This document shows positions 26,456-39,640 of a DNA stretch of 64,000 nucleotides, piece after piece. The stretch is from Octopus vulgaris (Eukaryota), in contig OX597818.1 in assembly GCA_951406725.2 (NCBI GenBank), forward strand, positions 96,658,001-96,722,000, written 5' to 3'. Below the pieces are notes generated by a model that had not been told where the DNA came from, did no database searches, and was given only the letters and a program-made list of their open reading frames with translations. The translations under genes were made by a program, and so were the position numbers. Positions within the stretch are counted from its first letter, which is position 1, and each line of letters opens with the position of its first letter.

Positions 26456-26748
26456 TCTTTATAGTAATAATCATAATAACGGCAGCTTGTTATAATGGTG
26501 ATAATGGTGGAGGTAGTAGACATTGGTGAAGTTGGTGATGATGGTGGTGGAAGAGAAAGAGAAGGGGGAGGAAGAGGAGGAGGAGGAGGAGGAGGAGGAG
26601 GTGACTTGTAGTAATAATGGTAGTGTTGTTGTTGATGGTGGTGGTGGTGGCGGTGGCTGTTGTAGTAATAACGATAATGTTGTTGGTGGTTGTGGGGTGG
26701 TGATGTGGTGGTACTGAAGTTGGTTGGGTGTTGATTGTAGTGTTATTG

Positions 26749-26780
<32 letters not shown>

Positions 26781-26800
26781 GGTGGTTGTGATGGTACTGA
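26378..26800. repeat. (AAT)n plus compound GGT/GAG/GTT triplet region
   Basis: Directly visible. Confidence 0.92.
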
Positions 26801-28911
26801 GGAGGTGGATTTCGCCGACTCAGTTTCACAGCTTCCCTCCACACAAGTTCACACTTATAATAGGAGTATTGTACGAGATACTTGCTCAGAAAGTAATGCA
26901 GGGATTGAACTTGCAAAGTTAACAACACAACTAAGTCTGCGCCCTGCACAGCATAACTGGTACTGACTAGCCCCATTTATGCCTTAATGGTCAACACATC
27001 AGTTCTTCAATTGCTAGATATATCTAGATAAGGCTTTGTTGTGTCTCTATCCTTTAAAGAAACGGCTTTTAAAGCTGCCTCGTACATACCGATATGATAT
27101 ATTTTTTTTTCCGCAGTATCCAATAGCGATATCTTCTCATCGTGGATAATTACCTTCCTGAAACACTTGCATATTCTGATACGCTCTTCGGAATTTGCTC
27201 ATTATTATCCTGCTGTCCTTTTCATACAGCTGTAGCTGGGCTTATCGTTGTTTTTTCTTAACTTATAACTGTCTTCTCAGGAATTCTATTATCTTATAAC
27301 TGTCTTCTCAAGGAATTCTATTATCAATAATTATCTTTAGGTTTCACGAACACATAACATTCCTTATAAGTTATGGTCGTCACTAGTTATTTGGACATTT
27401 CATGAATTTCAATGAATAGCTATTTCTCTGTTAATTTTTACGATGGAAACAACGCCTATTTTTAAAATACATTTTCCGCATAATATCCCTCAAATATTCA
27501 TACTAGCATGGCGCATATTTAAATTTAATCCATCTCAGCATTGCATTCATGTTAAATTAACAAAGGTCGAACGATTTTGCATGGTGACACAAGACTGCAT
27601 ACTTATAGCGAAGGAATTAGTCGGCCGAATTAAAATATAAGGCTGATTTTTATCAATTATTCAATAGCAAAGTCTCCAAACCTTTTCGGGCCCTCCAAAA
27701 TTAGTGGGAGAGAAGAAATATCTCACACCGAAAACGTGGCCCAAATACTTGCAAAAGGGTCGATTCTGCTAAAGGTATCAGGCAACGGGTTAAATCTACT
27801 GTCTTGGTAAGCTCTAACACGTGGGTGGCAAAATTTAAAAAGTACAGGAGGCTAGGAGATCGAAGCTATTTCATGCAAGATTTGAATTCGCAATGTTGAG
27901 CATTGTATAAATTTTATTCTAGTGCTCAACACGCACAGCTTATCTCATGAAATTTAGGCTTAATATAAGAATGAAGCAAAAGGAAATATTAAAACATTCA
28001 GTCAAGCAGCATTGTTTCTGTTCTTTAAGTACTACATAACGAAAAAAAAAAGCAATATTACTATTACAGTGACAAGCAGAAACACCCCCTCCGGGTGGTT
28101 TTCTGCTAGTAATTGTTGAATTGAAAAATTCTAATATATACTATATTGTATTGTAATCAGTATGTTAAACGAAATCAATACCTTAGCTAGCACTAAACGC
28201 AAAGTCGTCGGCGTAGATACAGAAATCAACTCAAGGCTTTTGTTATTCGAAGGACTATAGTTTACATACTTGTATGTAACCGTATGGAACGAAATAGAAA
28301 TTTCTATGTAATTTTCGTATGATAAATAGATATAGTATCAAATTTTTCACAAATATTCTCAAGATATCTCAAAGAAAATCTTTGCAATCACTTATTTTGT
28401 ATAGAAAATAATTGAATAGAGGAGGCTGTGAGAGAGAGTGTATTTTAAGGGAGGGTGAGAGAGAAATAGTTATAAGGATAGAGAAAGAGAGAGACTAATA
28501 TAAACTAAGTCGGTAAACAAAGATATGGACAGAGTAAGAGAAGGGTGTACAATACGATAAGGATAAGAGTGAGAGTCGAAAAGTTATAAGAACGGAGAAA
28601 GGCTAAAAGGAATAGAGACAATAAATAAGAAGAGGTGGAAAGAGAGAGAAGGGAGTAAGGCGTTCAAAAAAAGCTAGCTCGCAGTGTAAGATTTTAAAAA
28701 ACGCTCTCCCCACAATAAATTAACATTAGCTTTTCTTATTAAGGCATTTAGTCGACATCTTCAATAATAAAAGAATTTGATATAATAAAAATGAATAATA
28801 AAAGAATTTGATATTAATATATTAAAATTACTAATTTATGAATTTCCTTGGTGGTGTAAACTTTAATAATCGCTTACTTTTATTAAAGGTTACATGAAAA
28901 ATTAATGCGTC

Positions 28912-29142
28912 CTTTTAAAGCCTAGCCAGGTTCATGGGCCCGGTTTCCCAGTTTCAATGGCGTATATGTTCCCCAGCTGGACGGAACGCAGCGTTACTCA
29001 TTTTTGCCAGCTGAGTGAACTGGAGCAACGTGAAATAAAGTGTTTTGCTCAAGAACACAACGCGTCGCCCGGTCCAGGAATCGAAACCACAATCTTACGA
29101 TCATGATGCTGACGCCCTAACCACTTAGCCACGCACCCCCAC
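28912..29142 (-). mobile_element. SINE family B
   Basis: Closely matches 36828-37074 and 3100-3242. Confidence 0.85.
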
Positions 29143-31049
29143 AACGGTTACATTCTCATAACTAATTAATAAGCAGCCTTTTTTCATTATAAGTATAGAT
29201 GGTGGAAGGTTGATTGTCCAACAAAGTGCCTTGATATATTTAGTTATGCTTTACAATCTGATATTGAAAGTGGACTTAGCCGTTCATTTCCTAAGATTGA
29301 TAAAATAAGCACCAGTCAGAAACTGCGATGTTGCGATCTAAGTCGGCATTAATTCTGTTCCAAAATTGGAGATATTGCACAGATGTTAGAAATCAATATC
29401 AATATCATAGTGAAACTCAGCTAAATATTGTTGTTCTGCCCAAGGTCAGCCATAATCATAGAATTATGATGATAGGTGTTCCAACCATTACTCTCAAATA
29501 GTTTTACAAGGACAGGGCGTGATTTGAGAGAGATTTGGCTCTTGTTTCTAACAGATCAAGAGATCGTGTAGATACTCTCCCGTTAATAGGTCAGACTGAA
29601 TGTAATGTGGTGATATTAATTGTATTGTAAATATTTAAGGTAAAATCGTTTAAACAGATTTCTTGAAAGACATGCAGTTTAGAGAAAACGAAATGTATTG
29701 ATTTTCCTCGTGTTTTAAAGGCATTTAATCTACATCAAATCCATGAATTGTCAGTAGGAGAATGTTGGTGCCAAGAGCCACAATATCAAACAATTTAACC
29801 TAACGCATTACTTGCTGTATCTTCCGTGGGTGAATAACGTATTGCGGAAGCTTGTATTTCTTGGATATAACGTGAAATAGATTATTGTATCTCAGCCATC
29901 ACTTGCAGTTTGAAATAGATCTGGAGAATGGCATCTATTCACAAAGCTGACAGTGACAACTAGGTTCTTTGGCTTCAAGTTCAATACAAAAGCGACTTCA
30001 TGTTGCTTTTATTAACCAATAACACATGCTAATGAAACATTTATTAATTATTCAGTTCTGTCACCTTTTACATAGGCTCTTAAATGACAACATATTGTAT
30101 AAGTTATGCTGAACAATGACACATTACAATGTCACAATGAATTCTCGCGTCAGAAGTTACTTGGCAGCTTCAATATATGAATATCCCGTCCACCACAACT
30201 ATCCCCAGAATGTCAAATCATCATTTTAGAGTTTAAACTGTTTCACGTGGAGTTGATAAATCACATATAACACTCACTGTATAAAATTATAAAAATATAA
30301 ATACATACAGTATACTATTGTGCTTTCTTGCAATAAAAATAAATTTACGCATGAAGAACTCCAAGTGCTAAGTAGGCAATATAAGAAAAGAACTCGCTTA
30401 ACAGAGGAACGACCCCGTTATGGTTCTATTAAGAATTAACTTGAAAGCTTTTTGATCGAAAGGCTAAAAATTCGCTGCTTCCACAAATTCTTCTTCCTTT
30501 GGTTATAATCCTTATATCTTTCTCTCTCTTCCCCTCTCTCCCTGTCTATCCATCTATCTTTCTTTACCCGTACAGTTATTGATACGATTTTTAGCTCAAG
30601 CAACAGACAATAGAAAACAAAAGACACGTTAAATGATATAGTCGTGTATATTCCTAAAAATCTTATAAATAGAAAATTCGCTTTTACTTGCATACTGCCA
30701 TCACAAAATTTATAAGTACACCTGCATCTTCGTTTTTCAACCGTGATGAACTACGGCTAATGTGCAGTGAAAGATTAACCTTGATTGTGAAATATATAAG
30801 ATCATAACCACTGCGCAGATGTTATACTTGGTAAAGAATTTATGTAATTATATAGACAAATTGTCTGCAAATTCAAATAGTAATTGCAGTTATTAACATT
30901 GAACGAAGAAACTATAATGTTAGACGTATATTTTCTGTCTCCCGTTCTATATATATATAGATACGTGCAAATTTCTCATATGCATGATTGCCTTGTATTT
31001 AGAAGCTACTAAACAGACAACACATCACCGCAAAAAGAATCCATAGGTT

Positions 31050-31444
31050 AGGCGTGAGTGTATGGCAAGAAGTTTCCTTCCCAACCACATGGTTCCGAGT
31101 TCAGTCCTACTGCGTGGCACTTTAGGCAAGTATCTTCTATTGCTTGGGCCGATCAAAGTCTTGTGAGTGGATTTTGTTGACGGAAAATTAAAGAAGTCCG
31201 TTGCACGTGTGGGGGTATGAGTGTGTGTGTGTTTGTCTTTCTGTCTGCTTTTGTCCTTCACCACCGCTTGACAGCCGGTGTTGGTGTACTTACAATCCCA
31301 TAACATAGCGGTTGGGCAAAAGCGGCTGATAGAATAAGTAACAGGCTTTAAAAAAAATTAAGTGCTGAGGTAGGTTTGTTTGACTATAATTCTTTAAGAC
31401 GTTGCCACTGCATGGCCGCAATCTACGGACTGAAACATGTAGAA
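31050..31444 (+). mobile_element. SINE family A (diverged)
   Basis: CCAACCACATGGTTCCGAGTTCAGTCC.ACTGCGTGGCAC...GATAGAATAAGTA...GCATGGCCGCA. Confidence 0.8.
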
Positions 31445-31554
31445 ATTAAAATATATTATTAAAACGGATTTAAATATTTAAAGGCTTCACTTTGTGTATA
31501 ATAAGAATGTGCTTACAATGCCCATAGATCCACACTAAGGCTTCATATTGGCTT

Positions 31555-31757
31555 CAAATTTTAGCTCAAGAAATTTCGGGGTGGAAGTCGACTACATCGA
31601 ACCCAGGGCTCAACTGGTATTTATTTTATCAATTCCAAAAGGATGAAAGGCAAAGTCAATTTGAACGGCGGAATTTGAACTCAGAACATATAAAGGGACG
31701 AAATGCCGCTAAGCATTTCGCCCGGCGTGCTAACGATTCTGCCAGTTTGCCGCCCTC
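31555..31757 (-). mobile_element. SINE family C
   Basis: Reverse-complement match to the family C motifs. Confidence 0.75.
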
Positions 31758-31809
31758 AGGCTTTCTCATATTTAAATTCATTTCAGTTCTTTACGTTATG
31801 TTGTGCACA

Positions 31810-31813
<4 letters not shown>

Positions 31814-31891
<78 letters not shown>

Positions 31892-31908
31892 TGGTGTGTG
31901 TGTGTGTG
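31814..31908. repeat. (TG)n microsatellite
   Basis: Directly visible. Confidence 0.98.
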
Positions 31909-32448
31909 GACTGCCAAGGTTGATTTTGCTTTTCATTCTCACGGGGTTGATAAAATAAGTACTAGTTGAACACTACGGTCAGTGTAATCGATTAGCCCCT
32001 TCTCATAAAATTCCTGGCCTTGTGCCTGTGGAAGAAAGGATTATTATTACAAGTAGGACCTGTGGAAATTCAACGGAATGAAAAAAATTCAGAGGACCTA
32101 GTTAAGAAAGAAATGATAATTTGCATTTTTATATCATTCATAGATTAGCGTCCTTTAAATATTCTTGACGTTCGTCTACATTTATTTTTTCATGTCTTTT
32201 CCCTCTTTCTCTTACATCTTCTCGCTGGTCCTCTCTGATCCATGCTCTATATCTGCGCATCCTTTCTCGGGCAGCTTGTGAATCCGGAGTTTAGGGCTAA
32301 ATTAACCCTTATAAACAAATATCAATTTTTTTAAGCAAACAGTCGATAAATAAATTGCACTTTTGCGTATGCGATGACCGCTATAAAAAAATTACTTCAA
32401 CAAAAAAGATACCTTTCAATATCCACAAAGCACTACCATCACCGTTAT

Positions 32449-32513
<65 letters not shown>

Positions 32514-32877
32514 ACTTTCTTTCTCTCTCTTTCTCTCTCAATATAACTGCCTCCTTTTCCCTCCAGCTAACATTTTAACCTTGTAATAAGTATTCCTTCC
32601 CCACCACACTGTACGTCGTTAACACTTCTCTCTCCCTCTTTTTCTCTCCTCGTCTTTTCTCTCGTTCTTCGCCTTTAATTTCAGCTGACCGCGTGACCAT
32701 TTGGTCTAAGTGTATTAATATTAATCACCTTTCTCTACTTCTCCCTCTCTTCCTTCACTTCTCCCTCTCTCTCGCACACACTTACTCCACCTCTGAGTCA
32801 TTTCACCTCTCTATCTAACTAATGTATAACAGGCGAACGAACAAGCAGATTATTATATAGATTATTCTCTTGTATTA

Positions 32878-33090
32878 AGGCGGTGAAGCGACAGAATCGT
32901 TCGCACGCCGAATAATAATACTTAAAAGCATTTCGTCTGTCTTTATACTCTGAGCTAAAATTCTGCCGAGGTTGACTTTGCCTTTAATTCTTCCGGGGAT
33001 ATATAAAATAAGAATTAATCAAATACTGGGGTTGATGTAATCGGTTTCCCACTCCTCTCAAAAACTGCTGGTCGTACCAAAATTTAAAAC
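32878..33090 (+). mobile_element. SINE family C
   Basis: GGCGGTGAAGCGACAGAATCGTT...CTGAGCTAAAATTCTGCCGAGGTTGACTTTGCCTTT. Confidence 0.75.
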
Positions 33091-33110
33091 CATTATTTTC
33101 TCTTATATTA

Positions 33111-33524
33111 GGCGTAGGAGTGGCTGTGTGGTAAGTAGCTTACTTACGAACCAAATAGTTCCGGGGTCAGTCTCACTGCGTGGCACCTTAGGCAAGTGTC
33201 TTCTACTATATCCTCGAGCCAACCAAAGCCTTGTGAGTGGATCTGGAAGACGAAAACTGAAAGAAGCCCGTCGTACATATGTATATACATATATGTATAT
33301 ATGTATGCATGTATGTGTTTGTGTGTCTGTGTTTGTCCCCCTAACATCGCTTGACAACCGATGCTGTGTTTACGTCCCCGTCACTTAGCGGTTCGGCAAA
33401 AGAGACCGATAGAATAAGTACTAGGCTTACAAAGAATAAGTCCTGGGGTCGATTTGCTCGACTAAAGGCGGTGCTCCAGCATGGTCTCAGTCACATGACT
33501 GAAACAAGTAAAAGAGTAAGAGTA
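33111..33524 (+). mobile_element. SINE family A, full length
   Basis: tRNA-like head GGCGTAGGAGTGGCTGTGTGGTAAG, a central TA/TG microsatellite, and the conserved 3' module ending GACTGAAACAAGTAAAAGAG. Confidence 0.88.
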
Positions 33525-34249
33525 CTGTTTTACTTCCTTCCCTTTCATTTTGGATATTGTCTTTCTGTTCCATTTTAAGATATTCAGAGCAAAGAAAACA
33601 AAATGCATTCTAGTTGAAACGCTTTGTCAAGGTAATAATAGTGATGATAATACTCGAACCATCGATCACTCGGCAGGTAGTTTGACGTCAAACAAATCGT
33701 TACATTTCCCCACCATATACTAAACAAAAACGATCGCAAAAATTAGGATTATCAAGATGTTCACTTTATGTAGCGTGAAGATCATCTATTTTAGTAAGTA
33801 GGAACATTTCGCTCATTAACTAATGTATATGTTTCAAAGCATTGCTGCTTGCTCATTATGCCGAAATAGTAACAAATGTCTTTCTTGAGAACACCTGCTA
33901 AATATCATAACTTAACCAATACATCATAACGCAGCAGTAATAATGTTCTTTTCTTAGAACACCTGATATATATAATAATAACCTCTGATATATAAAATAA
34001 ACACTATATTAAGTCATTGCAACGCTAATGCCATACATTTACATAAACTGATACAGTTTTACTGCATATTATTAGAAAATGATATTTTGTTTTTGGGGTT
34101 TCTTTTTTAACACTGGCACGGAAAAAATACGCGTCATTAATATAGTAGAGTCACCTTGTATCTAATAATTCAAAGTCATTTGTGTTAAACAAATTTAATC
34201 AATTTATCAAATAAGTAAATGTATTTTCACTTAATCATTCTGGTATAAT

Positions 34250-34428
34250 TTCAAGGCCTAAAAGTTGGAGGTGGAGCAATTCGTTTGTATCGGCCCTAGT
34301 ACTTGATTGGTACTTTATTGCATCGACCCCGAGAGGATGAAAGGTGAAGTCGAATTCGGCGGAATTTGAACTCAACGTAAAGTCGGAAGAAATACCGCTA
34401 AACATTTTGTCCGATTCTGCCAGCTCGC
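34250..34428 (-). mobile_element. SINE family C
   Basis: Reverse-complement match (TCGACCCCGAGAGGATGAAAGG..AAGTCGA..CGGCGGAATTTGAACTCA). Confidence 0.75.
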
Positions 34429-35129
34429 CGTATTTCTGTTCTCGAATATCCTTTTTGCTATAGGTACAAGACTTCAAATTTTGGAGGAAGAGGCTAGTCG
34501 ATTACAATGGCCCTAATGTTCGCCAGGTACTTACTTTATTGACCCCGAAATGATTAAAGGCAAAGTCAACTTCAGTGGAAATTGAAATCAGAAAGGTAAA
34601 GATGAACGAAATACTGCTAAACTTTCCCATCTTTTGCAAGTGAGTGTAATATGTTAGCTCGTAGCACCCTTTCCCCGATGTAGTCGCAAGTAGACATGAA
34701 CACACTCTCTCCAATGCTATGCTAGACTCAACGCGCCATCGACGATGTGACAACTGGTGAGAGATGAGGCTGCACCAGTGCTAGGTTGATATTTATTTTC
34801 AGCTGAAGACTGGTGCAACGTGAATTGAAGTGCTTTGCTCAACAACACAACACACTGCTTGGTCCCAGAAATAAATCCACTTATATAAGTGAGAGATACA
34901 CTAATACACATATAACTTAGATTTATACTTATATGCTTATAAATATATGTGGGGGTGGGATTTTGTGCAAACATACTCGTTTGTATTTGTATGTGTGTGT
35001 GTGTGTGTGTATCTATGTGTCTTTATGCATATATGAATGTTTACGAAGTATCGATTCGATATATGCAAACTGTTATATGCTGAAGCTCCGAGTTGATAAT
35101 AACATAAGCAGGAATACAAAATAACGCAA

Positions 35130-35137
35130 CAATAACA

Positions 35138-35193
<56 letters not shown>

Positions 35194-35219
35194 ACGTATA
35201 AAGTATATAAAACATATAA

Positions 35220-35284
<65 letters not shown>

Positions 35285-35345
35285 TACACACACACACACA
35301 CATATATATGTATATACATATACGAATAAATATATACATACACAG
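35130..35345. repeat. TA/CA compound microsatellite
   Basis: Directly visible. Confidence 0.95.
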
Positions 35346-36827
35346 ACATACACAAACACACATGTAATAATAAATGTATAAATAAATAAATAATATCTAA
35401 GAACGTGCCACCGATTTATTTCGTTCTTCTTTGCTTCGAAAATATTCAATGGTTATAGCATCACAATTTTTAAGTGTTTTTCTGTTCACAATTACTTTCT
35501 ATTCAAACCACACAGCGTCGACCTTGAAATTCAGGAAGGTGATTTTTCTGTTCTTTTTTATTGGCCTCTTCGTTTATAATATTCTCGTCGCCAACGCTTA
35601 TGTTGACGATTCTTTTGCTTTTTGTTCTTTTGTTGTTGTTCTTGTTGTCTTAGTGAGGGTTAGTTGTTGTTGTTGTCATTGTTGTCATAGTTACAATTTT
35701 TCGTGCAATCGCTTAAATTATTGCTGTTGCCACTGTTGATGCTATTGCTGCTGCTGCTGCTGCTACTGCTGCTACTGCTGCTGCGGTGCTACTACTAAGA
35801 CGAAATAGCTTTTGCTAAATGCTTGTTCTTAATATCGTCTGCGATATTCTTTTAGTCTATTGTTTTAGCTTGTCAGCTTCTGAAAATGTTGTTGATGTCA
35901 CAGTTGCTGTAATTATATTTTATTGCTTTTTTTTTAGTTTCAGTTCTATTTCCAGTGTTATTCATATAGTTGTTCAAGTTATTAACGTTGTTTTTTATTG
36001 TTTCAATAAATATTCTTCTTGATGTAATTGCCTCTATTGCAGATACCGCCGTCTAGTTGCTGGATTATTTTCCGTCAGTCTTGTTTCAGGTAATATTTCT
36101 TTGCATGTCTCATTAAAATAGACTATCAAAAGAGTATTGGGGTCAATTTAATCGAGTAACCCCTTCCTCGAGATTTCTGGGCTTTATGCCTACTCTGGAA
36201 AAAGAATGTGAATTATCAGAATCATTTGAACGTCAAAAGCATATCGTTTGGTATTTACGTTTTCAGTTCAAATCCTGCCGAAGTCATCATTTCTTTCCTC
36301 GCAGAATCGTTAGAGTGCCGGAAATACGTCTGCAAGTAATCGAAATGAAGAGTTTCGGTTACTACTAATGAAATTTTGCTAATTATCACGGCCTTCACAA
36401 TTCGATTTCATCAAAATTAGTACAAAATTTTAAAAAACTGAGGCATTGTGTCAGAAAATGGCCCAAAATTTAAAAAAATTATTTTATTTGGAAAATTACA
36501 AATTTTTAAAAATAATTTTCTTTAGAAAATTACAAATTTAAAATAAAAATTTAAAATTTTTAAAAAGCCTACTTGTTTAAAATATCAAGTTAATAATTCA
36601 ATATAGGATAAGATTTCTTACTTTCAAGGAGTGGGCACAATGAGTAATATCTACTGTATTTTTGGCTTTGACAAAAATATATTATGCACAAATGTACAAA
36701 AACTATATCAGCTAATCAAATGACCTCTAAATGCATTAAAAACACTATAACATATTCAGAACACAGTTTCGGAGAATTATCTCCGTTCTCTGAGTATATA
36801 AAAGACAAATTTTATAAATAAATAAAT

Positions 36828-37074
36828 GCGCCCTTTTCAAGCCTGGCCAGGCTCATGGGCCCAGTTTCCCGGTTTCAATGGCGTATATGTTCCCCAGCTG
36901 GACGGGACGCCAGTCCATCGCAGTGTTACTCATTTTTGCCAGCTGAGTTGACTGGAGCTACGTGAAATGAAGTGTTTTGCTCAAGAACACAACGCATCGC
37001 CCGGTCCAGGAATCGAAACCACAATCTTACGATCATGATGTTGACACCCTAACCACTAAGCCACGCGCCTCCAC
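36828..37074 (-). mobile_element. SINE family B, near full length
   Basis: A/B-box head plus the GCGATGGACTGGCGTCCCGTCCAGCTGGGG module shared with 57990-58244. Confidence 0.88.
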
Positions 37075-37930
37075 AAAAGACAAATAAGACAAGATTAGGT
37101 AAATTTGCTTCTTCACTTTTCCAGAATTACATATGGAAAAAGACTCATGTACAGCAATATCCATCCTTAGACATCAGAAAGATCAAAAATACTACAAACA
37201 TTTTTAAATATCTAGGTCAAATGAAAGAACATGGGAAAATGGCGCATGATTTAAAGAAACTTGACTAAACCTAAAACCTCAACATAAAATATTCTCTATA
37301 CCTTCCCCAAAGTTTGCTGGAGTGGCTCTCTTCCTGATATATTTTCTCACCAATAAGTTAAAGAGAGGAAATCACTGAAATTAGTCGTTATTCATTTAGC
37401 CACAATTTGAACATAAGTTTTTGAAAATTGAAAATCATCAAATTAGACATTAGTGTGGAGAAAATTATTTAGAATCCAACAGAGAAAATAATTATCCAGA
37501 TATTTTGTTAACAAACTCAATTAAAATCAGTTCATAGTAGAGAAAAAATTTATTGAAAAAAAAAGTACCTAATACCTGACTATGTTTCAAACTCTCATCT
37601 TCAACAACAACTATGCTGACCAGTTTTTACTCCAAAAGATGATGCAACCATACAAAATGATGATGCGATGTAATGTAATGGTTTGTAACTGGTTGGGGTA
37701 AAATAACGGGTGATCAAATATTTCGCCCCGGTTACCCATTTTGCCCCACACCACTCTTAACATTTTAGTGTAGCCGACAAACTCCGTACCACCACCGACA
37801 TCACCCCACAAAAGTTGTAAAGTAGAACCCTGAAAGGTAACATAAAACTACCACGCGCATGCAGGTGATGCATTCGGAATACACTGAATACCAATGCACA
37901 AAACCATTGGTTGAAATAATTTCTTATAAT

Positions 37931-38258
37931 TTAGGCGTAGGTATGGCCGTGGGTTTAAACAGCAAGCTTCGCAACCACGTTAGCAAGAGTCTTCTACTAC
38001 GACCCCAGACCGACAAAACCCTTGTGAGTGATTTCGGTAGAAAGAAACTGTGCAAAAGCCCATTATATATTAATGTTAGATTTTATGTTCAGTCATAATA
38101 AAAACAATTTTACATTAATCTGAAGGGTCACTCCAGACTTCTGTAGAGTAGAAATTTATCATTCTTTAACAAGAATAGTATTGACAGTGATTCGAAGTTT
38201 CGGTCAGATGCTTAGCTGGCCGAAACTTCGAAGTCACTATCAATACTATTCTTGTTAA

Positions 38259-38316
<58 letters not shown>

Positions 38317-38515
38317 ACGCATGGTAGTCTCCCCACTCACCGCTTGGTTTGTTTGTGCCCTTGTAACTAAACAGACCGGTAAAGAAGATCGATAGAATAA
38401 GTACCATATTTTTAAAATTATATAACTACTGGTGTCCATTTGTTCTACTAACGCCCTTGAAAGCGGTGCCTCAGAAAGGCCGTAGTTCAATGACTGAAGC
38501 AAGTAAATGATAAAA
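37931..38515 (+). mobile_element. SINE family A interrupted by a ~190-bp insertion carrying a fold-back
   Basis: The 5' half (37931-38070) and 3' half (about 38330-38515) match family A; unrelated sequence lies between them. Confidence 0.65.
38165..38259. repeat. 43/44-bp-arm inverted repeat (fold-back) centred on a hammerhead stem II
   Basis: TTTAACAAGAATAGTATTGACAGTGATTCGAAGTTTCGGTCAG atgcttag CTGGCCGAAACTTCGAAGTCACTATCAATACTATTCTTGTTAAA: two mismatches and one indel. Confidence 0.92.
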
Positions 38516-39429
38516 TATAAAGTATATTAACGAAAGGATTGAATTCAGAATGTAAAAAGCCGAAACAAATACGAAGTCTTCTTTGTTTTTGTTTTTGTTT
38601 ATTTTCCCCGATGTTGTAACGATTCTACCTGTTTCTGATTTGGGCACAAGGCCTGATGATGGGGTAATAGCAGATTATATAGATCCCCATTACATGACTG
38701 CTACTTTATTCTATCGACTCTGGAGGCATTAAAGGTAAGTTGACCTCTGTGAGACATGAAATTGGAAAGTGAAGAGCCAGATATAATGGCATGAGATGAG
38801 CGATAAATGCTTGGGTATTATAGATCAGTACCAGTTCCACAAAATGTGATTCTTACCCTCGTTATCATATATACCAAACTAAAAGCCCTGTTGTTTTGGT
38901 TTCTGTCCGCTTCGTTATATGGATTCTGGTGTACTTCGATCATTTGGTGACCCCTCAATAAATTTCTATTGCATGATATAATTTATACCTACACATATAG
39001 TGAATATGTTGAAGGCTGTATTCTTTTCAACTGAATACAGAAATTATTTCCAGCAGACTAAAGGTTGGGTAAAATGCAATGTCGAAACTACTTGGCAGAC
39101 TTAAACTCGTTTATTAATAAACGAAATTAATTACTGCTTAGTTCCACCCTTACAGAACTGTTACTATTATCACAATAACCTTTTAATAGTTGTAACAATG
39201 GTTTGAAAATCTGGTACAAGGCCAGTAATTTAAGGATGTTGGGATTAGTAGTATGATTTATGTTTTATGGTTTAAGTATGTATGTTTTCGAAATAACTAA
39301 GGATTGAAGTTAAATAAAGTTACATATCCCATATGAGAAGATTAAAGTTCGTTGATTAGTTATCATTAGTCGTGTTCATGCAACATCTTACAAGAAGCAA
39401 ATCATCCATAAATGTTTCCTATTTCTTTA

Positions 39430-39640
39430 TTACTCACAAGGGGACAAACAAGGACAGACAAAAGGATTGTGTCGATTATATCGACCCCAGTGCGTAACTT
39501 ATACTTAATTTATCGACCCCGAAAGGATGAAAGGCAAAGTCGACCTTGGCGGAATTTGAACTCAGAACAAGTAAAGACAAGACGAAATACTGCTAAGCAT
39601 TTCGACCGGCTTGCTAACGTTTCTGCCACCTCACCGCCTT
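39430..39640 (-). mobile_element. SINE family C
   Basis: TCGACCCCGAAAGGATGAAAGGCAAAGTCGACCTTGGCGGAATTTGAACTCAGAAC. Confidence 0.82.

Noticed and set aside
26471-26976. PolyP/polyQ/polyH ORFs resembling a transcription factor exon
   Set aside because: Compound triplet repeats open on both strands; no recognisable domain or convincing splice context.
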